Notes: generated from the letters alone by a model not told the origin. A stretch of DNA of 64,000 nt from an uncultured Gammaproteobacteria bacterium (GCA_963827755.1 CAWHCQ010000011.1:151531-215530), one strand, 5' to 3'; counted from the first letter of the stretch, positions 22,020 to 35,752 are shown. A program made the numbers and translations.

Positions 22020-24785
22020 TCAAAGCGCCTGGATCTTTTCTTTTTGTCCTTCCAGGTTATTGATGACCGAGCCAAGTTCGGTCGCACGTGCACGTTCCTT
22101 TTCGACGACATCGGCCGGGGCCTTGTCTACAAAGCCCGGGTTGAGAAGTTTTTTCTCGCAGCGGCCCAGTTCATTTATCTTCTTCTCGAGTTCTTTAGTC
22201 AGTCGCAGGATCTCGCTGTCCTTGTCGATCAGGCCTGCAAGCGGAATCAGCAGTTTCATATCGCCGACCAGCGCGGTGGAAGACTCCGGTGCTGTTTTAT
22301 TTACATCCAGCCAGGTAACGGATTCAATACGGCCGACACTCTCGAGGTAACGCCGGTTTCTGTCGAGCCGTTGCCTGTCTGTTGCAGAGCCATCCTGCAG
22401 CAGTACGGGTAACAACTTGCGGGGGTCGATATTCATGCCGCTGCGAATCTTGCGCACTCCTATAATGAAATCCTTCACCCAGTTGATTTCCGCAAGCGCA
22501 TTCCGGTCGATCTTGCCGGTGTCGGGTGCCGGGTAGGGCTGGCGCATGATGGTTTTTCCCGCAACACCGGCAAGCGGTGCCATGCGTTGCCAGATCTCCT
22601 CGCTGATGAAGGGGGTCAACGGGTGGATCAGTCTTAAAACGGTCTCCATTACCACGACCAGGGTTCTGCGTGTGCCACGCAGTGCCCCGGCGTCACCGTC
22701 AGGGTCCGTCAGCACCGGTTTCGATAGCTCCAGGTACCAGTCGCAGTATTCGTCCCAGATAAAGGTGTAAATGGCCTGTGCTGCAAGGTCAAAGCGGTAG
22801 TTTTCGATGGCCTCGATGACTTCCTGTTCGGTCTGCTGCAGCAGGCTGATTATCCATCGATCGGCATCATTCAGCAGCACCTCGCTGCCGTCCTGGCCGC
22901 AGTCCTGGCCCTCGGTATTCATCAGCACATAGCGGGCGGCGTTCCACAGCTTGTTGCAGAAGTTGCGGTAGCCCTCGATCCGTCCCAGGTCGAAGTTGAT
23001 GTCACGGCCGGTGGAGGCGAGGGCGGCAAAGGTAAAACGCAAGGCATCGGTACCGAATGCCGGTATGCCGTCCGGAAAGTCCTTGCGGGTCATCTTGTCG
23101 ATCCTGTCCGCCATCTTCGGCTGCATCAGGCCGGCGCGGCGCTTGGCAACCAGTGCCTCCAGCTCGATGCCATCGATCAGGTCGATCGGGTCGAGTACAT
23201 TGCCCTTGGACTTGGACATTTTCTGGCCGTGTGCATCGCGCACCAGCCCGTGAATATAAACCTCCCGAAACGGGACTTCACCGGTGAACTTGAGCCCCAT
23301 CATGATCATGCGGGCGACCCAGAAGAAAATTATGTCAAAACCGGTGACCAGTACGCTGGTCGGGTAGAAGGTGTTCAGTTCTTCGGTCTTTTCCGGCCAG
23401 CCCAGCGTGCTGAAAGGCCAGAGCGCGGATGAGAACCAGGTATCGAGTACGTCTTCATCCTGGTGCAGGGCGAGTTCATCATCCAGGCCGTGTTTTTCAC
23501 GCGCTTCTTTCTCGCTGCGCCCGACGTAGATATTGCCGGCCTCGTCATACCAGGCCGGTATCCGGTGTCCCCACCAGATCTGGCGCGAGATGCACCAGTC
23601 CTGGATATTGCGCATCCATTCGAAATAGGTGTTCTTCCAGTTGTCCGGCACGAATTTGATGCGCCCGTCCTCGACCGCCCTGATGGCCGGTTCCGCCAGC
23701 GGTGCGATCTTCACAAACCACTGGTCGGTCAGGAACGGCTCAACCACGGCGCCGGAGCGGTCGCCGCGCGGCACCATCAGTTTGTGGTCCTCGACCTTCT
23801 CCAGCAGTCCCGCAGCCTCGAGGTCGGCGACGATCTGCCTGCGCGCCTCGTAACGATCCATGCCGCCGTACCGGCCGGGGGCCTCGTCATTGATGCAGGC
23901 ATCGATGGTGAGAATATTGATCACCGGCAGGTCGTGACGCTTGCCCATTTCGTCGTCATTGAAATCATGGGCCGGCGTGATTTTCACGCAGCCGGTGCCG
24001 AATTCCGGGTCGACATAGTCATCGGCGATGACGGGAATGTCACGGTCCGTCAGCGGCAGGCGAATGTGCTTGCCGATCATCGACTGATAGCGCTCGTCGT
24101 CGGGATGCACGGCGACCGCCGTGTCGCCGAGCATGGTCTCGGGCCGCGTCGTGGCGACGACGAGACTGCCGGAGCCGTCTGCCAGCGGATAGCGCATGTG
24201 CCAGAGATGGCCATCTTCCTCTTCGGAAACCACCTCGAGATCGGATACCGCGGTGTGCAGCACCGGGTCCCAGTTCACCAGGCGCTTGCCGCGGTAGATC
24301 AGGCCTTCTTCATAGAGGCGGACAAAGGTCTCCCTGACGGCCTGTGACAGGCCCTCGTCCATGGTGAAGCGCTCACGGCTCCAGTCCACGGATGAACCCA
24401 TGCGCCGCAGCTGGCGGGTAATGGTCCCGCCGGATTCATGTTTCCACTCCCAGATGCGCTTGATGAATTTCTCGCGGCCGAGATCATGCCGGGTCAGGCT
24501 GTCGCTGTTGAGCTGGCGTTCGACCACCATCTGCGTCGCGATGCCCGCATGGTCGGTGCCGGGCTGCCACAGGGTGTTGTCGCCGCGCATGCGGTGGTAG
24601 CGGGTCAGCGCGTCCATCAGGGTGTCCTGAAAGGCGTGCCCCATGTGCAGGCTGCCGGTTACATTCGGCGGCGGAATCATGATGCAGTAGGGCGCACCTT
24701 CACCGGAAGGCGCAAAATGTCCTTCCCGCTCCCAGGTTTCGTACCATTGCTGTTCTATGGCGTGCGGATTGTAGGTCTTTTCCAT
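22020..24785 (-). CDS. valS: Valine--tRNA ligase
   Basis: [24 protein letters not shown]; 921 aa. Confidence 0.99.
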   Translation of the reverse strand: MEKTYNPHAIEQQWYETWEREGHFAPSGEGAPYCIMIPPPNVTGSLHMGHAFQDTLMDALTRYHRMRGDNTLWQPGTDHAGIATQMVVERQLNSDSLTRHDLGREKFIKRIWEWKHESGGTITRQLRRMGSSVDWSRERFTMDEGLSQAVRETFVRLYEEGLIYRGKRLVNWDPVLHTAVSDLEVVSEEEDGHLWHMRYPLADGSGSLVVATTRPETMLGDTAVAVHPDDERYQSMIGKHIRLPLTDRDIPVIADDYVDPEFGTGCVKITPAHDFNDDEMGKRHDLPVINILTIDACINDEAPGRYGGMDRYEARRQIVADLEAAGLLEKVEDHKLMVPRGDRSGAVVEPFLTDQWFVKIAPLAEPAIRAVEDGRIKFVPDNWKNTYFEWMRNIQDWCISRQIWWGHRIPAWYDEAGNIYVGRSEKEAREKHGLDDELALHQDEDVLDTWFSSALWPFSTLGWPEKTEELNTFYPTSVLVTGFDIIFFWVARMIMMGLKFTGEVPFREVYIHGLVRDAHGQKMSKSKGNVLDPIDLIDGIELEALVAKRRAGLMQPKMADRIDKMTRKDFPDGIPAFGTDALRFTFAALASTGRDINFDLGRIEGYRNFCNKLWNAARYVLMNTEGQDCGQDGSEVLLNDADRWIISLLQQTEQEVIEAIENYRFDLAAQAIYTFIWDEYCDWYLELSKPVLTDPDGDAGALRGTRRTLVVVMETVLRLIHPLTPFISEEIWQRMAPLAGVAGKTIMRQPYPAPDTGKIDRNALAEINWVKDFIIGVRKIRSGMNIDPRKLLPVLLQDGSATDRQRLDRNRRYLESVGRIESVTWLDVNKTAPESSTALVGDMKLLIPLAGLIDKDSEILRLTKELEKKINELGRCEKKLLNPGFVDKAPADVVEKERARATELGSVINNLEGQKEKIQAL

Positions 24786-24881
24786 GGCTGGCGTTATTCA
24801 GTCAAGCGGGACCCGGGCGAGGCCAGGGCGATGGATTATACCTGAAGGAAGTGTTTTTTCAGGGTTGCCCCCGACTACCGT

Positions 24882-25258
24882 TTATTCAGGGCTGTCGCCG
24901 GACACCTGCAGGGCCTCGGCAACCATGTCGGGCAGGGCGGATTCAAGCTGCTGACGAACGGCTTCAGACGATATCGCATCACTGTCATTCAGTGCCATGC
25001 CAATGGCCTGTTCGAGGACGGGTTGTAATGCCTGCTCCATTTGCTGGCAGACGCTGCGGGTAAGTGTGGCGGCGACTTCCTCGATCTGTTTTCGGAACGA
25101 CTCATTACCCAGCAGTTCATCGGCAATCTCCCGGGGCGCCATGTCCGATGCCCGCCTGGCGAGGCGCATGTCCGGCGGCTCCGGTTCATAATCGTCGCGC
25201 ACGATGTCCGTCAGTATCGGGATACCTTCTTCGTCGAGAGACAGTTCTTCAGCGTTTT

Positions 25259-25262
<4 letters not shown>
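24882..25262 (-). CDS. Acidic hypothetical protein between holC and valS
   Basis: Overlaps the holC stop; IPILTDIV motif; acidic helical composition. Confidence 0.7.
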
Positions 25263-27172
<1,910 letters not shown>

Positions 27173-27332
27173 GCAGCGTCCCTTTATGTGATGATGGTTG
27201 TGATTGCAGTTCGCGGGCCTTGTGTTATACGGTAGTCGCGTTCCTGATCGATGCCTGCCAGCAGCGTTAATATATCAGGGAAGTGTACTGGAAGCAGGCA
27301 TGATTTTCATGCTGCCAATCGGGCCCATCCGG

Positions 27333-28432
27333 ATGATCCGTGTTTTTGATCGTTACCTGCTAAGAGAAGTGATTCACGGCTGGCTGGTCGTGACCGTCAT
27401 CCTCTGGCTGATTCTTGTCAGTAATCGACTGGTGCAGTACCTGGGTGATGCAGCAGCCGGTGAGATACCGGGTAACGTGGTGTTTAAACTGCTGGGTCTG
27501 AAGATGGTCTGGTACCTGGTGCACGTGGTCCCGTTCGCCCTGGCGCTGGGCGTGATTATCGGGCTGGGCCGCATGTATCGCGATAATGAAATGACCGTGA
27601 TGGCGGCCTGCGGGGTCGGGCCCGGACAGATCTACAAGCCACTGCTGACACTCGGCGTCGTCGTCGCTGTTCTGCTTGGCTGGCTGTCGCTCTATGCCGG
27701 ACCAGCCGTCGAGGGTATGAGTCTGCAGGTAAGGGCATGAAGCAGAACAGCAGGCAGATCTTACGGTGCTGGGCGCGGGTCGCTTCAATGCCATACAGGG
27801 TGGCCGCCTGACGTTTTATGCCGAACGACTCTCAAAGGACAAGCAGCAGATGGAGAACCTGTTTATTGTTGTCAGCGGCCATGCTGGCGACGAAACTGCC
27901 CTGCAGCTATTAAGGGCAGAGTCTGCCTACCGAAAACGGGATACAGCAAGCGGTGATGATTTCCTGGTGCTGGTCGATGGTTACCGTTACGAAGGCACGC
28001 CCGGCATGAAAAACTACCGGATTATGAAGTTCGGGGAATACGGTGTACGTATTGATTTGCCGGGCGTGCAGAGAGTCTCCTCGAAGCTGGTTGCGACGCC
28101 AACCGCACTGCTGCTTGGTTCGGCTGATCCTGAAAAGCGTGCCGAGCTGCAATGGCGTCTCGCCATGCCGTCTGTCGGTCATGGTGTTGCTGTTTCTCTC
28201 GGTGCCGCTGTGCAAATCCTCGCCGCGACAGGGTCGTTATGGCCGCCTGGTGATGGCCATCCTGCTGTTCGTGGTCTATTACAACCTGCTGGGCGCCGCA
28301 AAGGTGTGGGTTGAGCAGGGCGACGTGCCGGCCTCTATCGGCCTGTGGTGGGTGCCGCTATTGACCGTAATCCTGGCCCTGGTCCTGCTCAACAGTGACC
28401 GGCTGGCCGGCCGCTTCGGGCGTTCTGCATGA
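27333..28432 (+). CDS. lptF: LPS export ABC permease LptF (apparent frameshifts near 27740 and 28170)
   Basis: DRYLLRE, LGRMYRDNEM, DGYRYEG, AELQWRL, PRQGRY across three frames; divergent from pepA. Confidence 0.9.
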
Positions 28433-29490
28433 AGATCCTGGACCGCTACATTGCAGTGGCGATTGCTGCAGGCACGGGGATTGCGCTGCTGGTCATCGTT
28501 GGCCTGGATGTTTTCTTTAACATCATCGGCCAGCTGGACAAGGTTGGCGTGGGTACCTACAGCCTCTGGAAGATGTTCCTGTTTGTCGCGCTGACGACAC
28601 CGAAAAGCATCTACGAGATGTTCCCGATGGCCGCGTTGCTTGGCAGCCTGATCGGCATGGGTATGCTGGCAGCCAGCAGTGAGCTGATTGCCATGCGGGC
28701 AAGCGGCATCCCGGTCTGGCGCATTGTGCGATCGGTGCTGCAGGCCGGCGTGCTGATGCTGGTTGTGGTCGTCATGGTTGGTGAGCTGGTCGCACCACCG
28801 GCGGAACACTACGGACAAAAATTGCGCGCTGCCGCCACCAACAAGGCGGCGAGCTTCCTCGGCACCCTGGGCCTGTGGGTGCGTGATGGCAACTATTACA
28901 TCAATGTAAAGAAGATCCTCAGCGACGAAAACCTGGCCGGTCTCACGATCTACGAGTTCGAGGACGATTCCAGTCTGTCCGTGATCACGACATCTGCGCA
29001 GGCGCAGGTTGAAAACGATGTATGGCAGCTGATCGATGTCGAGCAGACACGGTTCGATGATAACCAGGTGGTAGTGCAGCACTATGATCAGCTGGAGCGG
29101 CAGACGCTGGTATCACCCGAGTTGCTCAGCGTCGTCGTGATGAAGCCGCAGACCATGTCGGTTGTCGCTATTTCCCAGCTGGTTGATTACCTCGAGGAGA
29201 ATGGTCTTGATGCACAACAGTACCGTTACGCCTTCTGGGGGCGCCTGATGACCCCGTTTGCCTCGCTGGTCATGCTGCTGGTATCCGTGCCCTTCGTCTT
29301 CGGCGGCTTGCGTTCCGTGCCCACGGGACAGCGTATTTTTATCGGCATTCTTGTCGGCTTCGGGTTTTACGTGGTCACCCAGATTTCCAGCCAGATGGGG
29401 CAGGTATACGGGATCAACCCGCTACTCGCCACGCTGGTGCCAGGTCTTTTGTTCATGTTGCTCGGTATTCGTGCAATTCAAAAGATCTGA
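28429..29490 (+). CDS. lptG: LPS export ABC permease LptG
   Basis: MKILDRYI, LAASSELIAMRASG, PFVFGGLRS. Confidence 0.95.
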   Translation: MKILDRYIAVAIAAGTGIALLVIVGLDVFFNIIGQLDKVGVGTYSLWKMFLFVALTTPKSIYEMFPMAALLGSLIGMGMLAASSELIAMRASGIPVWRIVRSVLQAGVLMLVVVVMVGELVAPPAEHYGQKLRAAATNKAASFLGTLGLWVRDGNYYINVKKILSDENLAGLTIYEFEDDSSLSVITTSAQAQVENDVWQLIDVEQTRFDDNQVVVQHYDQLERQTLVSPELLSVVVMKPQTMSVVAISQLVDYLEENGLDAQQYRYAFWGRLMTPFASLVMLLVSVPFVFGGLRSVPTGQRIFIGILVGFGFYVVTQISSQMGQVYGINPLLATLVPGLLFMLLGIRAIQKI

Positions 29491-29492
29491 TT

Positions 29493-29927
29493 CTATTTCG
29501 GCAGCCTGACGATCACCGACTCCGAGAAGCGGTCATGCCAGGTCATTTTGTCCCGATCGACCAGCATCCACAGAAAACCCAGCCCGGCAAACGCCAGGGA
29601 AGGGATGGCGACCAGGAAACGCAACAGGGCCTGCCAGATAGTGATGGGACGTCCATCGATGTTCTGAATGCGCAGTCTCCATGCACGCATACCCAGGGTC
29701 TGGCCGCCGTGCAGCCAGAACCAGGCATAGAAAGAAAAGCAGATCAGGAACAGCAGGGTCCTGAAAAACGGATTGTGCGTATGCAGTGTGCCCCTGGTAA
29801 CCAGTAACGCGATCGCCGTTGCGATCACCAGTACCGAGAGCAGTAACAGCGAGTCATAGAATATTGCGGCCAGGCGGACAAGCAGGCCAGCCGGTTTGTA
29901 GCCGGGTTTATTGTCAGGTTTGTCCAT
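29493..29927 (-). CDS. RDD family membrane protein
   Basis: RLAAIFYD, GQTLGMRAW, WHDRFS. Confidence 0.92.
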   Translation of the reverse strand: MDKPDNKPGYKPAGLLVRLAAIFYDSLLLLSVLVIATAIALLVTRGTLHTHNPFFRTLLFLICFSFYAWFWLHGGQTLGMRAWRLRIQNIDGRPITIWQALLRFLVAIPSLAFAGLGFLWMLVDRDKMTWHDRFSESVIVRLPK

Positions 29928-30018
29928 TATAATCTTTTGCTGCACTGGCCGGAATCGCGCAATTTCCCCTGACCGCATCAGCCCCGGGCCGGGTTGCAGG
30001 CCGTGAACAGCATGTAAA

Positions 30019-30093
30019 TGGTGCTCCCTAGGGGACTCGAACCCCTGTTACCGGCGTGAGAGGCCAGTGTCCTAACCACTAGACGAAGGGAGC
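30019..30093 (-). tRNA. tRNA-Glu (anticodon CUC)
   Basis: GCTCCCTTCGTCTAGTGGTTAGGACACTGGCCTCTCACGCCGGTAACAGGGGTTCGAGTCCCCTAGGGAGCACCA: cloverleaf, anticodon loop CT-CTC-AC, encoded CCA. Confidence 0.95.
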
Positions 30094-30154
30094 AGTACAG
30101 GGCTTGAAAGCGATGGTATTATACGCCCTGTCTTTTCATCTACAAGTAAATACA

Positions 30155-31480
30155 GTGAGCGAAGCCGGCAGCGTAAAAATACATACCGAACCCGACATTA
30201 TCACCCGTGCCGAGCATTCGATTTCCCGCGGCAATATCAGCCCCAATGCGCTGAAGGTGTTATATCGATTAAAGGATTCCGGTTACCAGGCGCACCTGGT
30301 GGGCGGCGGTGTGCGTGACCTGCTGCTGGGGCGTGAGCCAAAAGACTTCGATATCGTGACCGATGCGGTCCCTGAAGACGTGCGCAGGCTGTTTCGCAAC
30401 TGCCGCCTGATCGGCCGCCGTTTTCGACTCGCGCATGTGCTGTTCGGCCGCGAGGTCATCGAGGTGGCCACCTTCCGCGCCCTGCAGGATGACGATGATG
30501 ACGGGGACAAGCGTCATGTCGATGGTGAAGGCCGCATCGTGCGCGACAATATTTTCGGCAATATAGGAGGCGACGCCTTCCGCCGCGACTTCACGGTAAA
30601 TGCCCTCTATTACAATATTGCGGATTTCTCGATCACCGACTACGCCGGGGGCATGCAGGATATCAAGGCCGGCCTGCTGCGCCTCATCGGTGATCCCGAG
30701 ACCCGCTACCGCGAAGACCCGGTGCGCATGTTGCGCGCTGTCCGCTTTGCCACCAAGCTGGGATTTCGTATCGAGAAGAGCAGTGAAGAGCCGATCGAGC
30801 AGCTGGCACCCCTGTTGGCAGATATCCCGCCGGCGCGGTTGTTTGACGAAATGCTGAAGCTGTTCATGGGCGGTCATGCGCTGGCAAACTTTGAAATGCT
30901 GCGCCATTACAGCCTGTTTGGCCAGTTGTTCCCTTTGACGGAGCAGGCCCTGACGCACGAGGAAGAACATTTCCCGTTAACACTGATCAGCCGGGGCATG
31001 GAAAATACCGACACCCGGGTCGGACAGGGCAAGCCGGTAACGCCGGCTTTTCTGTTTGCGTTGTTTCTCTGGCAGCCGGTGCGTGAGCGTGCCGCAATGC
31101 TGGAAGCCGGGGGGCAGCACAAGGCCGAGGCCCTGCAGCATGCCGGCTCGCAGATTATTATCGAACAGGCGGCGATCATGTCATTGCCGCGACGTTTTTC
31201 CCTGCCGATGCGCGAGATATGGATGCTGCAGCTGCGTCTCGAGAACATGGGCGGTCGACGCAGTATGCGTGTCCTTGCCCATCCGCGCTTCCGTGCAGCC
31301 TATGATTTTCTGTTGCTGCGCGGCGAAGCCGGCGAGGTGTCACGCGAAGCGGGCGAATGGTGGACAGAGCTGCAGGAAAAAAACCCGTCAAATGTTGCAC
31401 AGGCAGACAGCGAGCCGCGTGCAGGAAAAGGCCGGCGCCGTCGCCGTCCGCGTAAACGGTCCGGTGGAGGCCAGTCATGA
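30155..31480 (+). CDS. pcnB: Poly(A) polymerase I
   Basis: LVGGGVRD..PKDFD, LIGRRFRLAHV signature, RRDFT, basic C-terminal tail; start codon uncertain. Confidence 0.95.
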   Translation: MSEAGSVKIHTEPDIITRAEHSISRGNISPNALKVLYRLKDSGYQAHLVGGGVRDLLLGREPKDFDIVTDAVPEDVRRLFRNCRLIGRRFRLAHVLFGREVIEVATFRALQDDDDDGDKRHVDGEGRIVRDNIFGNIGGDAFRRDFTVNALYYNIADFSITDYAGGMQDIKAGLLRLIGDPETRYREDPVRMLRAVRFATKLGFRIEKSSEEPIEQLAPLLADIPPARLFDEMLKLFMGGHALANFEMLRHYSLFGQLFPLTEQALTHEEEHFPLTLISRGMENTDTRVGQGKPVTPAFLFALFLWQPVRERAAMLEAGGQHKAEALQHAGSQIIIEQAAIMSLPRRFSLPMREIWMLQLRLENMGGRRSMRVLAHPRFRAAYDFLLLRGEAGEVSREAGEWWTELQEKNPSNVAQADSEPRAGKGRRRRRPRKRSGGGQS

Positions 31481-31968
31481 CAGTTCGTGCTTACATCGGT
31501 ATAGGAAGCAACCTGGACAACCCGGTTGCACAGGTCAAGGATGCCTTCGAAGAAATCGGATACCTGCCGGATTCCATTATTTTTGCGAAATCCAGTCTCT
31601 ACGGGTGCAAGCCAATGGGGCCGTCAGACCAGCCGGATTATGTCAATGCGGTTGCGGCACTGGATACCCTGCTGTCTGCCGAGGACCTGTTCCGCGAACT
31701 GGTAAAGATTGAAGACATGCAGGGGCGAACCCGGGATGGCGAGAAATGGGGTCCGCGTGTGCTGGACCTGGATTTATTGCTCTATGGCAAAAAGAAGATC
31801 AGCAAGAAGGACCTGATCGTGCCCCATCCCGGCATGCATGAACGTGATTTTGTCATCATTCCCCTGGCTGAAGTCGCGGGCAATATCAGTATTCCGGGCC
31901 TTGGCAAGCTGGGAGGCCTGCTGGGCCAGTGCGAGAATCATTCAGTGAAGAAACTGGTTACCGGTTAA
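31477..31968 (+). CDS. folK: HPPK (6-hydroxymethyl-7,8-dihydropterin pyrophosphokinase)
   Basis: IGIGSNL, WGPRVLDLDLL, PHP..HERDFV. Confidence 0.96.
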   Translation: MTVRAYIGIGSNLDNPVAQVKDAFEEIGYLPDSIIFAKSSLYGCKPMGPSDQPDYVNAVAALDTLLSAEDLFRELVKIEDMQGRTRDGEKWGPRVLDLDLLLYGKKKISKKDLIVPHPGMHERDFVIIPLAEVAGNISIPGLGKLGGLLGQCENHSVKKLVTG

Positions 31969-32618
31969 TGGCTGAAGCACCACCGGGTTATATTGCCGTT
32001 GAGGGACCGATCGGTGTTGGCAAGACCAGCCTGGCGCGGCGTCTTGCAGAAAGCTTCGAGACCGACCTGGTGCTGGAAGGTTCCGACGAAAACCCTTTTC
32101 TGGAACGCTTCTACCAGGACCCGCGCGCGGGCGCATTGCCGGCGCAGTTGTTTTTTCTGTTCCAGCGGGCACGCCAGATCGAGGCCATGCGCCAGGCCGA
32201 CATGTTCCAGCCGGTGCGTGTCACCGATTTCATGATGGAAAAGGACCACCTGTTTGCCGAGCTGACGCTGGATGCCGAGGAGCTGAAGCTTTACCAGCAG
32301 GTCTACGACCACGTTACCGTGGATGCGCCGGTACCGGACCTGGTGATTTATCTGCAGGCCCCCGAGGATATTCTGCTGAAACGCATTGCCAAGCGCGGTA
32401 TCCGCTACGAGCGCAAGATCGATGCGAACTACTTGCGCAGCCTCTCCGATGCCTACGCCCGGCTGTTTCTTGACTATGACGCAGCGCCTTTATTGATTGT
32501 CAATGCGGCGAATATCGACCTTGTTGACAACGAGGAGGATTATGCCGCCCTGCTGGAAGAGATCCATGCCGCGAGGAAAGGGCGGCAGTACTTTAACCCG
32601 ATGTCGGCGGCTATCTAG
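31968..32618 (+). CDS. Deoxynucleoside kinase
   Basis: VEGPIGVGKT P-loop, NPFLERFY, PDLVIYL. Confidence 0.93.
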   Translation: MAEAPPGYIAVEGPIGVGKTSLARRLAESFETDLVLEGSDENPFLERFYQDPRAGALPAQLFFLFQRARQIEAMRQADMFQPVRVTDFMMEKDHLFAELTLDAEELKLYQQVYDHVTVDAPVPDLVIYLQAPEDILLKRIAKRGIRYERKIDANYLRSLSDAYARLFLDYDAAPLLIVNAANIDLVDNEEDYAALLEEIHAARKGRQYFNPMSAAI

Positions 32619-32730
32619 CGCGGTCTGCTCCTGCTGCCGGTTCACTCTTCGAACAAGACAGAGAATTCCCTCTCCCTTCGGGAAAGGGCCAGAAACCATG
32701 TCCGGCTTGTACAAACGGGGCCGCAATGTA

Positions 32731-33543
32731 ATGACAGACGAAGATAAAAATTCACCGGTCACACTCGCTGACCTGCAACGCATGAAACAACGGGGCGAGA
32801 AAATCGCCTGCCTGACCTGCTATGACGCGAGTTTTACCAGGCTGCTGGAAACTGCCGGTATCGATATGTTCATTATCGGCGATTCTCTCGGCATGGTGTT
32901 GCTGGGTTATGACTCTACCGTACCTGTCACCATGGAGGACATGATCCATCATGCCGCCAGTGTCGCGCGCGTCGGCCGGCATGCCTGGCGGGTGGTTGAT
33001 TTGCCCGCCGGGAGCTACGAGACCCGCTCGCAGGCGCTGGAAAATGCCCGCCGCCTGGTAGACGAGGGCGGGGCGGACATGGTCAAGCTCGAGGGCGGAA
33101 CCCGCATGGCGGGGATCGCCGCGCACCTGGTACAGCACGGTATCCCGCTCTGTGGTCATGTCGGCCTGCTGCCGCAATCCGTCGAGGAACTCGGCGGATA
33201 CAGGGTCCAGGGGCGCGATGAGGCCGGGGCGAGGGCGATCATGGAGGATGCGAAGGCCCTCGAGCAGGCCGGCGCCGGCTTGCTGGTGATGGAATGTATT
33301 CCATCGCCACTGGCGGCCGGGATCAGCGCCAGCCTGGGTATCCCCACCATCGGCATCGGTGCCGGGCCCGGCTGTGACGGCCAGGTGCTGGTGCTGTATG
33401 ACATGCTCGGTATCGCGGCACAAAAAACTCCGCGCTTCGTGAAAGATTTTTTGCAGGATTCCGGCAGCATAGCCGCGGCGGCGGGCGCCTACATCAAGGC
33501 GGTGAAAGATGGCAGCTACCCGGCGCCGGAGCATGAGTACTGA
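32731..33543 (+). CDS. panB: 3-methyl-2-oxobutanoate hydroxymethyltransferase
   Basis: LTCYD, GDSLGMV, VKLEGG, IGIGAG..DGQVLV. Confidence 0.96.
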   Translation: MTDEDKNSPVTLADLQRMKQRGEKIACLTCYDASFTRLLETAGIDMFIIGDSLGMVLLGYDSTVPVTMEDMIHHAASVARVGRHAWRVVDLPAGSYETRSQALENARRLVDEGGADMVKLEGGTRMAGIAAHLVQHGIPLCGHVGLLPQSVEELGGYRVQGRDEAGARAIMEDAKALEQAGAGLLVMECIPSPLAAGISASLGIPTIGIGAGPGCDGQVLVLYDMLGIAAQKTPRFVKDFLQDSGSIAAAAGAYIKAVKDGSYPAPEHEY

Positions 33544-34394
33544 TGGAAACAATCACCTCTGTTGCAGAATTACGTGCGCACACCAGGGCGTGGCGCCTGC
33601 GCGATGAGGCGATCGCTTTTGTCCCGACCATGGGTAGCCTGCATGCCGGCCACTTGAAACTGGTGCAGCATGCAAAGGCAATTGCGCCACGGGTCGTTGT
33701 CAGTATCTTTGTCAACCCGCTGCAGTTTGCGCCCGATGAAGATTATGAAAGTTATCCGCTTACCCTGCAGCTCGATACCGGGGCACTGCTGGAAGCGGAT
33801 GCAGATGTGCTGTTCGCCCCCGGCGTAGCCACCATGTACCCGGGCGGCATCAAGCGGGCAACATCGGTTGTCGTTCCCGGGCTGAACAGCATCCTCGAAG
33901 GCGAGCACCGGCCGTCCCATTTCAACGGTGTGACAACGGTTGTCGCGAAACTCTTCAACATGGTGCAACCGGATATCGCGGTTTTCGGCGAGAAGGACTA
34001 CCAGCAGTTGTTGATTATTCAACGCATGGTGAGCGACCTGGACATGCCCGTGAGGATTGAAGCGGTTGAAACCGTGCGTGAACCCGACGGCCTCGCCATG
34101 AGTTCGAGAAACAATTACCTGCAGCCTGCGGAGCGTGCGCTTGCGCCGCAGCTGCACCAGGTACTGCTCGACGTGAAGACCATTGTCGAGGCCGGTGAAA
34201 CCGATTTGCGGGGTGTCGAGCAGGCCGCCGTGCAACAGCTGGCCGAGGCGGGACTGGCGGCGGATTACCTCAGTATTCGCCGCCGTTCTGATCTTGCGCC
34301 GCCGGCCGCCGCTGACCGGCAACTGGTGGTGCTGGCGGCGGCCCGCATCGGGGCGACCCGCCTGATTGACAATATTTGTATATCAATAACTTAG
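33543..34394 (+). CDS. panC: Pantoate--beta-alanine ligase
   Basis: VPTMG.LHAGH, FGEKDYQQ, AMSSRN, RLIDN. Confidence 0.97.
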   Translation: METITSVAELRAHTRAWRLRDEAIAFVPTMGSLHAGHLKLVQHAKAIAPRVVVSIFVNPLQFAPDEDYESYPLTLQLDTGALLEADADVLFAPGVATMYPGGIKRATSVVVPGLNSILEGEHRPSHFNGVTTVVAKLFNMVQPDIAVFGEKDYQQLLIIQRMVSDLDMPVRIEAVETVREPDGLAMSSRNNYLQPAERALAPQLHQVLLDVKTIVEAGETDLRGVEQAAVQQLAEAGLAADYLSIRRRSDLAPPAAADRQLVVLAAARIGATRLIDNICISIT

Positions 34395-34500
34395 TGGCAA
34401 TACTTAATATGGAAACTATATGGGTTCCTTGCAGTCTAATGTTTGCTACAGCATAATCCCTCCCTGTTTTTGACGAGGGGTCAAGGAGCCTTTCCCGCGC

Positions 34501-34881
34501 ATGCAAATCAGCCTGTTAAAATCCAAACTGCACCACGCCAATGTCACGCATTCGGAACTCGAGTACGAAGGCTCCTGTGCCATTGACGGCGCCTTGCTGA
34601 AGGCGGCCAATATCCAGGAATACGAGCAGATCCAGATCTACAACCTGGACAACGGCGAACGTTTCACGACCTATGCCATTCGCGCAGAAGACCATTCCGG
34701 AATCATCTCCGTGAACGGTGCCGCGGCGCACAAGGCGAATCCCGGCGACCGTGTCATCATCTGTACCTACGCAATGCTGTCACAACAGGAAGCCAGCGTC
34801 TTCAAGCCGACGTTGATCTATCTCAACGAGGCCAACCGGATCAAGGATATGCGTCACGCCATACCTGTCCAGGTTGCCTGA
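34501..34881 (+). CDS. panD: Aspartate 1-decarboxylase
   Basis: KSKLH, YEGS cleavage site, [13 protein letters not shown]. Confidence 0.97.
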   Translation: MQISLLKSKLHHANVTHSELEYEGSCAIDGALLKAANIQEYEQIQIYNLDNGERFTTYAIRAEDHSGIISVNGAAAHKANPGDRVIICTYAMLSQQEASVFKPTLIYLNEANRIKDMRHAIPVQVA

Positions 34882-35114
34882 TTTCACAACCCTGTGCCAG
34901 CGGATTTCCGCCGGCGGAATATCTCCCGGTTGATTGCACCATGCCGTACCCGTCCTGCACCGGGCCGGGCATGCAGTCCCCTTCAGGTGTGTTTTAAAAC
35001 CGGATCCTGCGGTGGATTCTGTAACTATCCGGGATGAATAGGAAAAATAGCTGTTACCCTTTTCGGGTCGCTCGCGTTAAAGGTATGCGTAACCCGAAAA
35101 ATCAGGAGTCAGTT

Positions 35115-35752
35115 ATGAAAACGCATCGCATATCCCGAACCATCGTCGCCGCCATGGTGGCCGTCTCACTCGCCGGCAGCGGCAGTGCCTGGGCCGATCG
35201 CAAGAATGACCAGCGCGGCTACAGCCGTGACCACAGCGGTCAGCACGACAAACGCGGCCATGACCGGCGCCAGAGTAGTCATAATGACAAGCGTGCCTAT
35301 GACCGCCGTCACGATCGTCATAATGACAAGCAGTACGCCTACAAAAAGCACAAGAAGTACAAGAAGTACAAGCAAAAGCATCATTACAAGGATCGTTACA
35401 AGCCCCGGTATTATCGGGGTTATGGCGGCAGCTCTTACTACTACGCAACAATGACGACAATGACGACGATCTGCTGATCGGTCTGTTGATGGGTGGCTTG
35501 ATCGGTTATGCCATCAACAGTGCGCAGGATAACGGCTACGGATACGACAGCTACCCGCAGTCCGGTACCCGGCAGGATGCGCAGGCAGCGATCTATGAGG
35601 CAAGCAGCCCTGGCGAGGGCACCTGTCTGCAGGAACGCGAATACCAGATGAAAGTGATTGTCGGTGGCCGCACGGTCGATGCCTATGGCACCGCCTGCCT
35701 GCAGCCCGACGGTTCCTGGAGCCGGGGCCCGGCAAAAACGGAAACATTCTGA
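35115..35752 (+). CDS. Secreted protein with His/Asp/Lys-rich low-complexity region, glycine zipper and 17-kDa-surface-antigen-like C-terminus (apparent frameshift near 35447)
   Basis: Signal peptide ending AWA; HDKRGHDRR..KKHKKYKKYK; LLMGGLIGYA; REYQ..VIVGG..AYGTACLQPDGSW. Confidence 0.7.

Noticed and set aside
30019-30093. tRNA as an island integration site
   Set aside because: Both flanks are housekeeping genes, and I saw no integrase or duplicated tRNA 3' end.
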